This document shows positions 1 to 12,484 of a stretch of 64,000 bases of DNA, piece by piece. The notes beneath the pieces were generated by a model. It had not been told where the DNA came from, did not search any database, and was given only the letters and a program-made list of their open reading frames with translations. The position numbers and the translations under genes are program-made. This DNA is from Basidiobolus meristosporus CBS 931.73 (lineage: Eukaryota > Fungi > Basidiobolomycota). Each line of letters starts with the position of its first letter. Within the stretch, counting starts at the first letter, position 1. The stretch covers positions 62,001-126,000 of the forward strand of contig MCFE01000128.1 of the NCBI GenBank assembly GCA_002104905.1, read 5' to 3'.

Positions 1-1040
1 GTTGTGCTTTGAAGACTGTATGGTGTTCCTCTGCTGTACATTGGGAAATGGCTTAATTCTTGGCTGTGACACTGAGCTACTTGAGTTCCTTCTTTGCAGC
101 AAAGATACTGCTTACTCTACCTGGGATATTGCTTACTCTACACCATTTATCAGCTCATCCTGTTTCTGGACTATTTCCTGATTTCTCTGGGACATTGCAT
201 CTGTCCTATCAGCCACTGCACCTAATTCCCACATTAATGCTTTGGTATGAGCTGACAACATACTTGCTAATACAGGTGGTGGCAATGTTATGATGACCAC
301 TTGCTGGTCTACAGCTGAAAGTACTGCTTTTGCTACAATCTGATCTGCCTAAGCAATATGGTCAGCTTTCAGCTCTGAAGAGATTCCCAATTGCCCACTT
401 GACTGAGAGCCTAAGGAGTCCACATTTTCCCCTTCAGTGGGCACAATGTCCACAAGGCCTTTTTTGGTTGTAGCCCTGCTTGTTGCAATGTATGTCAAAG
501 CAAGCTGTTATCCAACTGTTCTTCTGCTGCTGTTAGCAGTGGGGTTTGGTTGGGAACCAGACAAGTTTGCTTTATTTTTTGGCAGCATATGTATGGAAGT
601 AAGTCAAACCTAAGGTGAAATAGTGTTACATACACATGTGTATATGGTGCCACAACTTTATTTATAATGCTAACTATGGCAGGTCATCATTGAACTTTAC
701 ATTCATCTAGGTGCAATGTCCCAAATACAAGACTGTCAAAAATTCATATGAGTATTGACCAAAAAGTGATATAACAGTGTTATTTTGTTGAGTGTCAAAA
801 TGGTTGCCCCATGGACATGACCACTATAATTTAACACCATAAGAGAAGAGAAAAAAGACCATATGGCTATTGTAGCAAGCCTCTCAGCCATGAAGCATGC
901 AGACAGCCTAGAAGGTATTACTAGAATCACAGTCAGTATTTTGCCACCCAAGTCATATTCAACTATTCACCAGTCACTATTGAACCAATATTATCTTGCT
1001 GGCAACTGGGTACTTCTATAATGGCATCTGGCTGTACTTG
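1..1040 (-). repeat. Partial copy of the 5' part of the unidentified companion ORF plus spacer of the CACTA-like two-gene repeat
   Basis: 1-55 is the reverse complement of ~48235-48297. 430-1050 matches ~18900-19600 in reverse. 840-1100 matches 45085-45330. Boundaries approximate. Confidence 0.65.
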
Positions 1041-2122
1041 TCACCTTGCACAAACTGAGTCAGGAGAGTTTGTGACACCTTTAGGCTCACCTCAGCCTTC
1101 TGAATAAGGCACACAGAGTGATTGCTCTGAAGAAGCAGGCTCACTGATGGATTGTGAGCCTATCTTCCCTTACAACAGTACCCTATATGAGCCTGGCAAA
1201 CTCCAATTATGCTATGAGACAAATGCTAAGGATACTTTATGGAATCAAGTGAGCCCAGTAATCCATCTACTGGTGAATGACATGATGTTGTGGCTAGAGA
1301 AGTGGCAAGTTTCCACTAATATCAGAAACGGGGGCTTTGAGGATTTACTACTACTTCTTGCCAAAATCATCATGGGATGCAACTTACCATGTACATGGTA
1401 AAATGGGAAACCATCATGTGGCTAGCAACATATGACCCAAAGACCATTTCTGATACCAGCATATGTTAACAGTAGCATGGCATTCACATCAGAAAATGCC
1501 TCTATTGCAAGGTGTCCAACATGTCAGGAATTCACCACCATTGGGGGATAACATTGCTTACACTCCAGATATATTCTGGTAATACCCAGTATAAAGAAGC
1601 TCATGGAGTCCAACAAATATTGTGAAGCTATAAAGTACTGCACTCAGTATCAATCAAGTGCAAGCATATCTGAAACATCTGATAGCAATTATTACAAACA
1701 ACTAAGAGGCAAGGGCTACTCTAAGTGTAGGTATGACCATGCCTTTGCCTTGGCACTTGATGGAATATCATTAAACAAGTACACTACCAGCATATCCTTC
1801 TGGCCACTGATACTCATCAACCTCAATCCACTCACTATCTTACTGCATTGGAGTAGAAACATGGTTGTTGTCTCACTAGTGTCTGGGTCTAAATCAACAT
1901 CCATCCTGGACTGCTATTTGTATCCATTGCTGGATGAATTTTGTATGCTTAGAAGTGAGATAACACTAAATGGCTACCATGCCAAAGCACATATAATTAT
2001 CTGCATTGGAGATACCCCAACCATCTGCAAGATAGCTGGCTTTTCTGGGCACAATGAAAGTTATTGCTCTCAAATGTGTGAGATCCAAGGGATTTAGTCC
2101 ATAACTCACAAAAATTGTTGTT

Positions 2123-3301
2123 AGACTTGTTCTGTAAGGTGGTGCCACATTAAGCTAAGAGTGCCAAATAGTGCCACAGTGTGCCAGAGAGGCAAAGGAG
2201 ACCTATATTTGGCCAAAGAATTTGAAAAATAGGTGGGCATATTAATGGAAAGCAGCCCCTGTGTCACACAGTGTGCTGGAGGAAATCCATTTTTTGACCT
2301 TTTTGTTCTCAATGTGTAGAAGCTCAGAAGAGCTGACAGCATGTATTTGGTACTCAATACACATGACACTCTGATTCTAGCTCAAAAGCCTAGTAATATG
2401 TCACAAAAATGTATGGCACTATAAGTGCTTTGTATAGATTGTACTCTGGGGCTAATTTTTAAATATAGTGCTAGAGAGTAACAGTGGACCAATATAGTGC
2501 CATGCATTTTTATGACACATTACAATTCTTTGGAGTTAGATTCAGAATGCCATAGGCACTGAGTACCAAATATATGTCTGAAGTCCTTAAATGCTCTTAA
2601 ACATAATGCACAACCCTGATCCTAAAAACAGGTTAAAAAATGGATTTTCTCCAGCACAGTGGGTGAAACCTAGGGACTGCTTGGCATAAAGGTGTAGAAC
2701 TATGTCACACACTCTGTGGCAAAGTATAGGCCTACTTTGCCTATCTAGCACACTATTGCTATGAATAGACACAAGGCAGGACCAGGAAAGGACTTGAGTG
2801 TGGATCAACAAGGCAAGGCTGTTTATTTAAGACCGGTGTTTATCATACTGAGGAATACATATGGGGGGATAGGACTATATATCCTTTTTGGTAATTTAGA
2901 TGTCAAGAGATATTGGCTAATACTGATGAGGTCCCAAGGTGAGGCACAGTATGTGTGCCAAGATAGAAATATACTTAAGAACAGACTGGAATATCACATG
3001 GTGATATGTCAGGGGCCGGCTGATCCTGTGACTGGGTCTTGCAATAAGCAATTACCATACATGGTATTTGGCTTCATAATTTTCAAAGGGGAGCTTCCAT
3101 AGAATGTGCCATTGTGTAATGTTGCTTGGAGCTTTCCAGAAGTTGCTAGAATGTAGTGGAACTTTCTAGAAGGAACTGGGATTTCTTCACCAACTTAATT
3201 TAGCTTGAGCATCAGAGACCATGGATGTCATATGATTATGAAAACTATAGCTCTATTTGGCATCTATGGCTTAATGTGGCACTATTCAATAGAACAAGTC
3301 A
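2123..3301. mobile_element. Non-autonomous TIR element (MITE-like, 1179 bp) sharing termini with the Harbinger-like element at 11743-16235
   Basis: Left end AGACTTGTTC (2123-2132), right end GAACAAGTCA (3292-3301). Imperfect TIR extends ~48 bp (gtgccacattaagc...tgccaaatag). Flanks GTT/ATT. Removing the insert and one 3-bp copy restores the spacing seen in the uninterrupted paralog at 46324-46370. Confidence 0.8.
2167..2763. repeat. ~600-bp imperfect palindrome (foldback) inside the MITE
   Basis: Arms pair by eye: 2399-2423 tgtcacaaaaatgtatggcactata with 2494-2518 tatagtgccatgcatttttatgaca; ~2262-2305 with ~2626-2668; ~2167-2230 with ~2700-2763. Confidence 0.8.
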
Positions 3302-3464
3302 ATTATCTAAACACTAACACTAAGAACATCATCTTCTCACAAAGGGAACATATAGAAATCAGCATGCAGTTGTAGCAATGTCCCCAATCAGCATCAGAGT
3401 ATCCCACAAGATCCTGCTCTGAATTTGCAAAAGTGTATCATAAGCAGATATCAGCAGTTCTTTT

Positions 3465-3814
3465 TGTTGTAAAAATTCGTATTTTCCACCTAAATATTCA
3501 CCTAACTTAGTCACTTAGATCACCACCTTCAAATCCTAGAGAATACTGACCAAATTCCTTGTCGGGATTTACTTGGAATATTTTCACCAAAATACCAGGT
3601 ACCCAGAACATGAAAATTTGATAAGTTGTCCAAACAGCCCCAAACTTTGCACACATGTTCTTGGGACCTTCCTTAACCTATTCTACGTGTTTGTAATGCC
3701 AAGACCATGTAAAAGTATAAATACTACTTTTACATTCAATAAATCATTAAGTGAAAACCACATAATCTACTTGTTCTCCAAATCACTTCCAATATCTCCA
3801 AGACTCTTACAACA
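3465..3814 (+). repeat. 5' LTR of copia copy A (350 bp)
   Basis: TGTTG...CAACA termini; TATAAATA at 3716-3723; AATAAA at 3738-3743; matches 7801-8151. Confidence 0.97.
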
Positions 3815-3827
3815 GGTTATGAGCCCC
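3815..3827 (+). promoter_or_regulatory. Primer-binding site GGTTATGAGCCCC (half-tRNAiMet type, as in Ty5 and Drosophila copia)
   Basis: Directly abuts the 5' LTR. The same motif occurs at 60761-60772 (minus strand), 51626-51638 (degenerate) and 29171-29183. Confidence 0.85.
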
Positions 3828-6800
3828 GGGCTGTCACTCTCTGCAATGTCTACTACTGCTATTACTGGAATTTTTCCCTCTGCTGAAAAGTTGGATGGAT
3901 CTAACTACCAAGTGTGGAAGGTGAAGATGAAGATGCTGCTGCAAGAAAGAGGCCTTTGGGATATTGTCATGGGAGAAGAATGCCCTCCTAAAAACGTGGG
4001 AGAGGAAGCCTTAAAGTACCAGAAGAAGAACAAAGTGCCTTTAACTGCATTTGCCTTAATGTCAAGGACAAGTTGCTAATTCAATGCTCAAGAGCAAAAA
4101 CGGCAAAGAATGCCTGGAAGGCATTAGAAGACACCTACCAGTCATGTTCAGCTGCCAAGAAAATGTATCTGAGAAGAAAATTCTTTACTACAAAGATGCT
4201 GCCAGGAGAAGAAATGAAAAATCTAATTAACAGAATTACCCTGCTGGTAGATGAGATGGAATCTGTGGGCGTACCAACTACTGATGAGGATGTGATAGTT
4301 ACCATCCTGAATAGCCTGACAGACAAGTTTCAGGGCCTTGTATCAGCCCTAGAGTCCAGAACTGAAGATTTGACCTTAAATTACGTATATGGAAGGCTCC
4401 TGGATGAAGAATTAAGAAAATCAAGCGCCAATAAGAAGGAAGAAGAAAATGCTTTAATAAGCAATGATAACCAACAAAGGAGGTACCCAAGACCCTACAA
4501 AGGCAACAGCAACCTATTTTGCAACTACTGCAAAAGGAAAGGACACACATCAGACCGGTGTTTCAAAAAGCAAGATTATCAGCAAAAGAAGCCTGAATAT
4601 GGAAATGCTGCAACAACTGAAGATAGACTATTCATATCTGCACTAAATATGACCACAAACAAGGATTCTCAGACGTGGTATATTGACTCTGGAGCTTCTC
4701 AACACTTTACACACCAAAAAGAACTTTTTACCCAATATCAAGAAATTCCAATTAAGAAGGTTTTCATGGGTGACGATAGAACACTTGATGCAGTGGGAGA
4801 AGGAACTATCCAAGTAAACCTTAGAAGCAGTGAAGGAAGCCATACACTGACCTTTAAAGAAGTACTCTATGTACCAGAAATAGCCAAGAACCTACTCTTT
4901 GTAAGCAAGGCCACAGCAGAAGGACTCAGTTTCAGTTTTGACAATTCTGGATGCAGGATCACTGATCAAAATGGTGCTCATATTGCTTCGGGCATCAGAG
5001 ATCAGAACCTATACAAGTTGACTTATATTCCATCATATCTGGAAGCCAATATAAGTAACTTAAATGATGAAACACCAATGCTTTGGCACAGGAGATTTGG
5101 ACACATCAATTTTGATTATTTGCGTAAAATGATCAAAGATCAGCTAATTTCTGGAGTGAAAATTGATCCCCCAGCTATTTTGGAGCACTGTGAAGCTTGC
5201 ATATATGGGAAACAAGCCAGACAACCGTTCAAGAGCTCTGGGTTAATCAAAACTAAGAAAAAATTAGATCTAATTCACTCAGATCTGTGTGGACCTATGC
5301 AAAATTTATCCTTAGGCGGGATGAAGTATTTAATCACTTTTATTGATGATTATACAAGATACACATGGGTCTACTTCATGGAGAGAAAGGAAGAAGCTCT
5401 GTCTAAGCTCAGGGAGTTTAAAGCCATGGTGGAGAGAGAAACTGGTGAAAAAATCAAGAAAATACGCTCTGACAATGGTGGAGAATATACCTCAAAACTC
5501 TTCATCCACTTCTGCAAAATTCATGGGATAAAGCAAGAGACTACTGTACCATACTCCCCACAGCAGAATGGAGTAGCAGAACGAGCTAACAGATCAATAA
5601 TTGATATGGCAAGATCTATGATCCATGATCAAAAATTATCCTATGATTTTTGGGCGGAATCAGTTGCCACTGCTGTATATCTTAAAAATAGGAGTTATAA
5701 CAGAATACTTCGTGATTCTACTCCATTTGAAGCATGGTATGGATACAGACCAAGTGCAGAACATCTAAGAATATTTGGGTGTACAGCATATGCCAAAAAA
5801 CTGGCCGGAAATCAGTCAAAATTTGAGCCAAGAAGTGTAAAATGCATATTTTTGGGCTACTGCAATGAGAGTAAGGCATACAGACTCTACAATACCGAAG
5901 CAAAGAAGCTGATCAAGTCCAGGGATGTGTTGTTTGATGAAAATTCAAAATTTTCACAAAAAATGACATCAGATGATGACGAAAATTTGATCTCAAGTCC
6001 ACCAATTGTCAGGATTGAATCAGAGCAAAACAATGAAAATTTTTTCACTCCAGAGGACTCTACAACCGTGGTTCAGCCAGAATCAGTGCCCAGGAATACC
6101 CCAGAAGTGATCATTCCAGTATCAAATGCCCGGAGATCCAATCGGACAAGAAATAGCCCAAATTACTATATCAATGAGGGTACAAACTTAGCCTATGCCT
6201 ATTCAGTCCATGTTGATGAACCCCAGACTGTAAAAGAGGCCCTAAATAGCCCTCAGACAAAGTTTTGGAGATCTGCAATGACTGAGGAATATCAGGCACT
6301 GATGGAAAATCAAACTTGGGACTTAGTCAAATTACCAATCAACCAAAAATCAATTGGATGCAGATGGGTCTTCAAGACAAAATACAAGGCTGATGGTACA
6401 ATTGAAAGATACAAAGCAAGACTTGTAGCCAAAGGATACTCTCAAACAAAAGGACTTGACTATACTGAGACCTTTGCACCGGTAGCCAAGTTTAATTCCA
6501 TCAGATTAATATTGGCTATTGCAGCCAAATATAAGTTTTTTATTCATCAAATGGATGTAAAAACTGCATTTTTGAATGGAGAACTTGATGAGGACGTGTA
6601 TATGGACCAGCCTGATGGGTTTGTTGACCAAGATAACCCCCATTTGGTCTGCAAGCTTAAAAAGTCACTATATGGTCTCAAACAATCACCGAGAGCCTGG
6701 AATTGCAAGATAGATTCTTATTTGGAATCTTTGAGTTTCAAAAGGAGTAATGCTGACTATAGTATATACTATAAGCCAGATAGAGCAAATCCAGTCCTAT

Positions 6801-7789
6801 TAGCTCTATATGTGGATGATCTTATTATAGCTGCCAATAACCTAGAAACATTGGAAGAGACTAAATCCAGCCTATCTAAGGAGTTCAAGATGTCCGATCT
6901 AGGAGAACTCAGTTACTACTTAGGGATTAAGTTCTCCATAGACAGAAGTACCCAGACTATTACCCTAAGCCAATCCAAGTATATTCAAGATATACTAAAG
7001 AAGTACAAAATGGAAGACTGTAAACCGGCAGCTACCCCAATGGAGACAAACCTTAACTTGGTCAAAACTCAACCAAATCAAGAGAGCTTGGTGCCATCTG
7101 AAAGCCCTGACTTTCCTTATCAATCTATGGTCGGCAGTCTGATGTATATCATGCTTGGAACACGTCCAGATATCTCATATTCAGTGGGAGTTGTCAGCCA
7201 ACATAATCAGAATTATGGATCTGATCATATTGCAGCAGTTAAGCGGATTTTTAGATACCTAAAAGGAACTGCTGATATGTGCTTAAGATACACTTATAAG
7301 GATTCAGAACAGGATCTTGTGGGATACTCTGATGCTGATTGGGGACGAAATTTAGAAGACAGAAGATCCACCACAGGATACACCTTTCTTTACTGTAAAG
7401 GAGCCATTTCATGGAATTCAAGAAAGCAACCAACCGTAGCACTTTCTACTACAGAGGCAGAGTATATGGCAGCCTGTGAAGCTACAAAAGAAGCAATGTG
7501 GTTAAGAAAGCTCTTTACAGATTTAGGCCTATGTCAAAAAACGCCTATTACTTTATTTCAAGATAATCAAGGATGTATACAATTAGGTAGAAATCCAACT
7601 TTTCATGCTAGAACCAAGCACATAGATATTAGACATCATTTCATACGTGAAGCTATAGAGAATAACTTAGTTAGCTTAGTTTACTGTCCTACAGATGAAA
7701 TGATTGCAGACATATTTACCAAACCATTAGCTAGAGACAAGTTTGAATATCTTAGGTCAAAATTAGGACTAGTCAGTATGAACATTTAG
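3819..7789 (+). CDS. Copia gag-pol polyprotein with a single 1-bp deletion frameshift near 4025-4030 (ORF-track pieces 3573-4079 and 4073-7789)
   Basis: Zinc knuckle CNYCKRKGHTSDRC; protease WYIDSGAS; LWHRRFGH..CEAC; integrase HSDLCG/RSDNGGEY/NGVAERAN; RT YVDD; RNase H YSDADW/STTEAEY/QDNQG. Copy B reads through in frame here (cagaagaaagaacaa versus cagaagaagaacaa). Start is ATG 3819 or 3846. Confidence 0.92.
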
Positions 7790-7790
7790 C

Positions 7791-7800
7791 TGAGTGGGAG
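7791..7800 (+). promoter_or_regulatory. Polypurine tract TGAGTGGGAG
   Basis: Immediately precedes the 3' LTR; the same tract precedes the LTRs at 52984 and 55683 (minus strand). Confidence 0.8.
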
Positions 7801-8151
7801 TGTTGTAAAAATTTGTATTTTCCACCTAAATATTCACCTAACTTAGTCACTTAGATCACCACCTTCAAATCCTAGAGAATACTGACCAAATTCCTTGTCG
7901 GGATTTACTTGGAATATTTTCACCAAAATACCAGGTACCCAGAACATGAAAATTTGATAAGTTGTCCAAACAGCCCCAAACTTTGCACACATGTTCTTGG
8001 GACCTTCCTTAACCTATTCTACGTGTTTGCTAATGCCAAGACCATGTAAAAGTATAAATACTACTTTTACATTCAATAAATCATTAAGTGAAAACCACAT
8101 AATCTACTTGTTCTCCAAATCACTTCCAATATCTCCAAGACTCTTACAACA
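7801..8151 (+). repeat. 3' LTR of copia copy A (351 bp)
   Basis: Near-identical to 3465-3814; followed by TSD CTTTT. Confidence 0.97.
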
Positions 8152-11100
8152 CTTTTTAGGTATCTAAAAATGTGCTTAACTGCTGCAGTATGATCAGATC
8201 AATAGTTCTGATTATGTTGGCTGACAACTTTCACTGAATATTAAATATCTGGATGTGTTTCAAGTACGATATGCATCAAACTGCAAACCATAGATTGACA
8301 AGGAAAGTCAGGGCTTTCAGATGGCACAAAATGCTCTTAATTTGGTTGAGTTTAAAACCACGCTAAGGTTTGTCTCCATTGGGGTAGCTGCTGGTTTACG
8401 GTCTTCCATTTAGAACTTCTTTAGTATATCTTAAATATATTTGGATTGGCTTTGGGTGATAGTCTGTGTACTTCTGTCTGTACAGTACTTTATCCCTAAG
8501 TAGGAACTGAGTTCTCCTAGATTGGATATCTTGAACTCAGTGGATAGGCTGGATTTAGTCTCTTCCAATGCCGATAGGTTATAGTTGGCTATAATAAGAT
8601 CATCCACATATAGAGCTCATAGAACTGGATTTACTATATCTGGCTTATAGTATATATTATGGTCAGCATTACTCCTTTTGAGAATCAAAGACTCTTAATA
8701 AGAATCTATCTTGCAATTCCAGGCTCTTAGTGATAGTTTAAGACCATATAGAGACTTTTTAAGATTACAGACTAAATGGGGATTATCTTTGTCAATAGGC
8801 CCATCAGGCTGGTCCATACACACATCCTCATCAAGTTCTTCATTCAAAAATGCAGCTTTATATCCATTTGATGAATAAAAAATTTATATTTGGCTTCAAT
8901 AGCCAATTTCAGTCTGATGGAATTAAACTTGGCTATTGGTGCAAAGGTCTCAGTATAGTCAAGTCCATTTATTTGAGAGTATCCTTTAGCCACAAGTTGT
9001 GCTCTATATCTATCAATAGTACCATCAGCCTTGCATATTGTTTTGAAGACCCATCTGCATCCAATTAATTTTGGCTGATTAGTAAGTTGACCAAGTCCCA
9101 GGTTTGATTTTCCATCAGGGCCTGATATTCCTCAGTCATAGCAGATCTCTAAAGTCCTGTCTGAGGGCTATTAAGGGCCTCTTTTACAGTCTGGTATTCA
9201 TTAATATGGACTGAATAGGCATAGGCTAAGTTTATACCCTCATTGATATTGTAATTTGGGCTATTTTTTGTCTGGTTGGATCTCCAGGCTGAACTTCAGT
9301 TGTAGAGCCCTCTAGAGTGAAAAAAATTTCATTGTTTTGCCCTGATTCAATTTTCACAATGGGTGAACCTGAGATCAGATTTTTGTAATCATCTGATGTC
9401 ATTTTTTGTAAAAATTTTGAATTTTCATCAAACTACATATCCCTGGACTTGATTAGCTTCAGTGCGCTGGTGTTGTCAAGTTGGTATGCTCTACCCTCAT
9501 TGAAGTAGCCCAAAAATGTGCATTTTACGCTTTTTGACGCAGATTTTGACTGATTTCCAGGCAGTTTTTTGGCATATGCTCTACACCCAAATATTCTAAG
9601 ATGTTCTGCACTTGCTCTGTATTCATGCCATGCTTCTACTGGAGTAGAATCTCAAAGTATTCTGTTATAACCCCTATTTTTGAGGTATGCAGCTGTGGCA
9701 ACTGATTCTGCCCAAAATCATAGGATAATTTTTGATCATGAATCATAGATCTTTCCATATCAATTATTGATCTGTTTGCACATTCTGCTACTCAATTTTG
9801 CTGTGGGGAGTATGATTCAGTAGCTTCCTGCTTTATCCCATGAATTCTACAGAAGTGGATGAAGAGTTTTGAGGTACATTCTCCACCATTGTCTGAGCAC
9901 ATTTTCTTGATTTTTTCACCAGCGTCTCTCTCCACCATGGCTTCAAGCTCCCTGAGCTTAGACAGAGCTTCTTCCTTTTCTCCATGAAGCAGACCCACAT
10001 GTATCTTGTGTAATCCTTAATACAAGTGATTAAATACTTTAGCCAGCCTAAAGATATATTTTGCATAGATCCAAACAGATCTGAGTATATAGATTTAATT
10101 TCTTCATAGTTTTGATTGACCCAGAGCTCTTGAACTGTGGTTTAGCTTGTTTCCCATATATGCAAGCTTCACAGTGCTCCAAATTAGCTGGGGGATCAAT
10201 GTTTACTCTGGAAACTAGCTGATCTTTGCTTATTTTGAGCAAATAATCAAAATTGATATGTCCAAATCTCCTGTGCCAAGGCATTGGTGTTTCTTCACTT
10301 AAGCTACTTATATTGGCTTCCAGATATGATGGAATATGAGTCAACATGTATAGACCCAGATCTTTGATACCCAAAGCAGTATGGGCACCATTTTGATCAG
10401 TGATCTGACATTGAGATTTGTCAAAGCTGAAACTCAGTCCTTGCATAGTGGCCTTACTTACAGTTAGTAGGTTCTTGGGTATCTCTGGTACATAGAGTAC
10501 TTCTTTAAAGGGCAGTGTATGGCTTCCTTCACTGCTTCTAAGGTTTACTTGGATAGTTTCTCTTCCCACTGCATCTAGTGTTCTATTGTCACCAATGAAA
10601 ACCTTCTTAATTTGAACTTCTGGATATTGAGTAAAAAGTTCTTTTTGGTGTGTAAAGTGCTGAGGAGCTCCAGAGTCATTATAACACAACTGAGAATCCT
10701 TGTTTGTGGTCATATTTAGTGCAGATATGAATAATCTATCTTCAGTTGTTACAGTATTTCCATATTCAGACTCCCACTGCTTATTTTCTTTCATTGAGAG
10801 ACACCGGTCTGATGCATGTCCATTCCATTTACCGCAGTTGCTGCTGACTATCTTTCTTTTTGAAGCACCGGTCTGGTGTGTGTCCTTTCCTTTTGCAGTA
10901 GTTGCAAAACTGGTTGCTGTTGCCTTTGTAAGGTCTTGGGTATCTTCTTTGTTGGTATCATTGCTTATCAAAGCATTTTCTTCTTCCTTCTTATTGTTAC
11001 TTGATTTTCTTAATTCTCCATCCAAGGGCCTTCCATATACATAGTTTAAGGTCAAATCATCAGTTCTGGACTCTTGGGCTGATACAAGGCCCTGAAGCTT

Positions 11101-12484
11101 GTCTGTCAGGCTACTCAGGATGGTAACTATCACATCCTCATCATTAGTTGGTACACCCAAAGATTACATCTTATCTACCAGCAGGGTAGTTATGCTAATT
11201 AGATTTTTAATTTCTTCTCTGGGCTGCATCTTTGTAGTAAAGAATTTATGTCTCAGATACATTCTCTTAGCAGCTGAATATGACTGGTAGGTGTCCTCTA
11301 ATGCCTTCCAGGCATTCTTTGCCGTTTTTGCTCTTGAGCATTTAATTAGCTGTTTGTCTTTAACATCAAGGCAAATGCAGTTAAAGGCACTTTGTTCTTG
11401 CTTCTGGTACCTTTAGGCTTCCTCCCCCATGTTTTTAGGAGGGCATTCTTCTCCCAGGAAAATATCTTAAAGACCTCTTTCTTGTAGCAGCATCTTCATT
11501 GTCACCTTCCACACTTGGTAGTTAGATCCATCCAACTTTTTGGCAGGGAGAAAATTCCAGTAAGAGCAGTAGTAGACATTGCAGAGAGTGACAGCTTGGG
11601 GCCCATAGCCTGTTGTAAGAGTCTTGGAGATATTGGAAGTGATTGGGAGAACAAGTAGATTATGTGGTTTCACTTAATGATTTATTGAATGTAAAGTAGT
11701 ATTTGTACTTTACATGGTTGTGGCATTAATAACATGTAGAATAGACTTGTTCCATTGTACCATGCCAGGGCGCGCAGCGCAATCCGCGGTTGAAAAGAAC
11801 AATTGGGTGCAATATTATAGCTACCAGAAGGCAGGATTGTTCTTGGACAATTTTGCACTATGGGGGACAATCTCGCACACTATGGCACAATCTGACACAA
11901 TGAGGTTGGCACAGATGGTTGTGCCCACTTGTAATGTTTGCATCATGTGCGCAATTGGATACCGCTATTATGGCAGGTAAAATCCGGTATATGGATATGT
12001 TTCTTTAATGTAAATGGAAATAAATGTGTATCACACTATAAACTACACTGATACTTACCATTTTGGTTACCCTCACACCAATTGGACGGTATCTCAGTAG
12101 TTAATTGGTCCAAAAGCATCCTGACGCTGGCAGCCCCCAATTGGCTTATTGACTACTGAGAAAGCTACCTGATTTACCATCAAATATCCTATTTTGCCCA
12201 TTGAGCAAGTAAATCCCTGATCCTAGTGATTGGACAAGGTGTCATAGCTAGCACGCAAGCAATTGTGTAGGTGCAAAACAGATCCAATAGCTGCACTGGT
12301 ATTACAGATGACGTATATATATGCAGGGTGCTTATTTATAGGGGTTCTGTCTCAAATGTGAGATGACCTTGATATTACTTATATCAAAAATTTGATGATC
12401 ACTGATTTGCTATGGCTCAATTTGGATTGCAAAAAAAAGGGTTGTTGGGATCATTACAAATGTGAGCAATTCAAACCAATCACA

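Larger units (their letters stand above)
1060..3385 (+). pseudogene. CACTA/En-Spm (Transposase_21-like) transposase pseudogene, interrupted by the 2123-3301 insertion and truncated near 3385
   Basis: ORF 1603-2097 has LALDG..WPLILINLN..VSG.K..LDCYLYPLLDE..GDTPTICKIAGFSGHN..C..C..QG, typical of fungal tnp2-family transposases. Sequence at 3302-3385 resumes collinearity with the paralog at 46340-46420. Confidence 0.75.
3465..8151 (+). mobile_element. Young full-length Ty1/copia LTR retrotransposon, family 1 (copy A)
   Basis: LTRs 3465-3814 and 7801-8151 (TGTTG...CAACA) differ by one substitution and one 1-bp indel. 5-bp TSD CTTTT at 3460-3464 and 8152-8156. PBS, PPT and domain order gag-PR-IN-RT-RH all present. 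Confidence 0.97.

Noticed and set aside
3573-3818. N-terminal extension of the gag ORF (also 60782-60900 in copy B and ORF 53205-53426)
   Set aside because: It is an open frame through the LTR, upstream of the PBS; gag should start at or after 3819.
4021-4079. Programmed gag-pol frameshift in copia A
   Set aside because: Copy B and the copies near 11400 and 51835 have the extra A and read through; the shift also lies inside gag, not at a gag/pol boundary.
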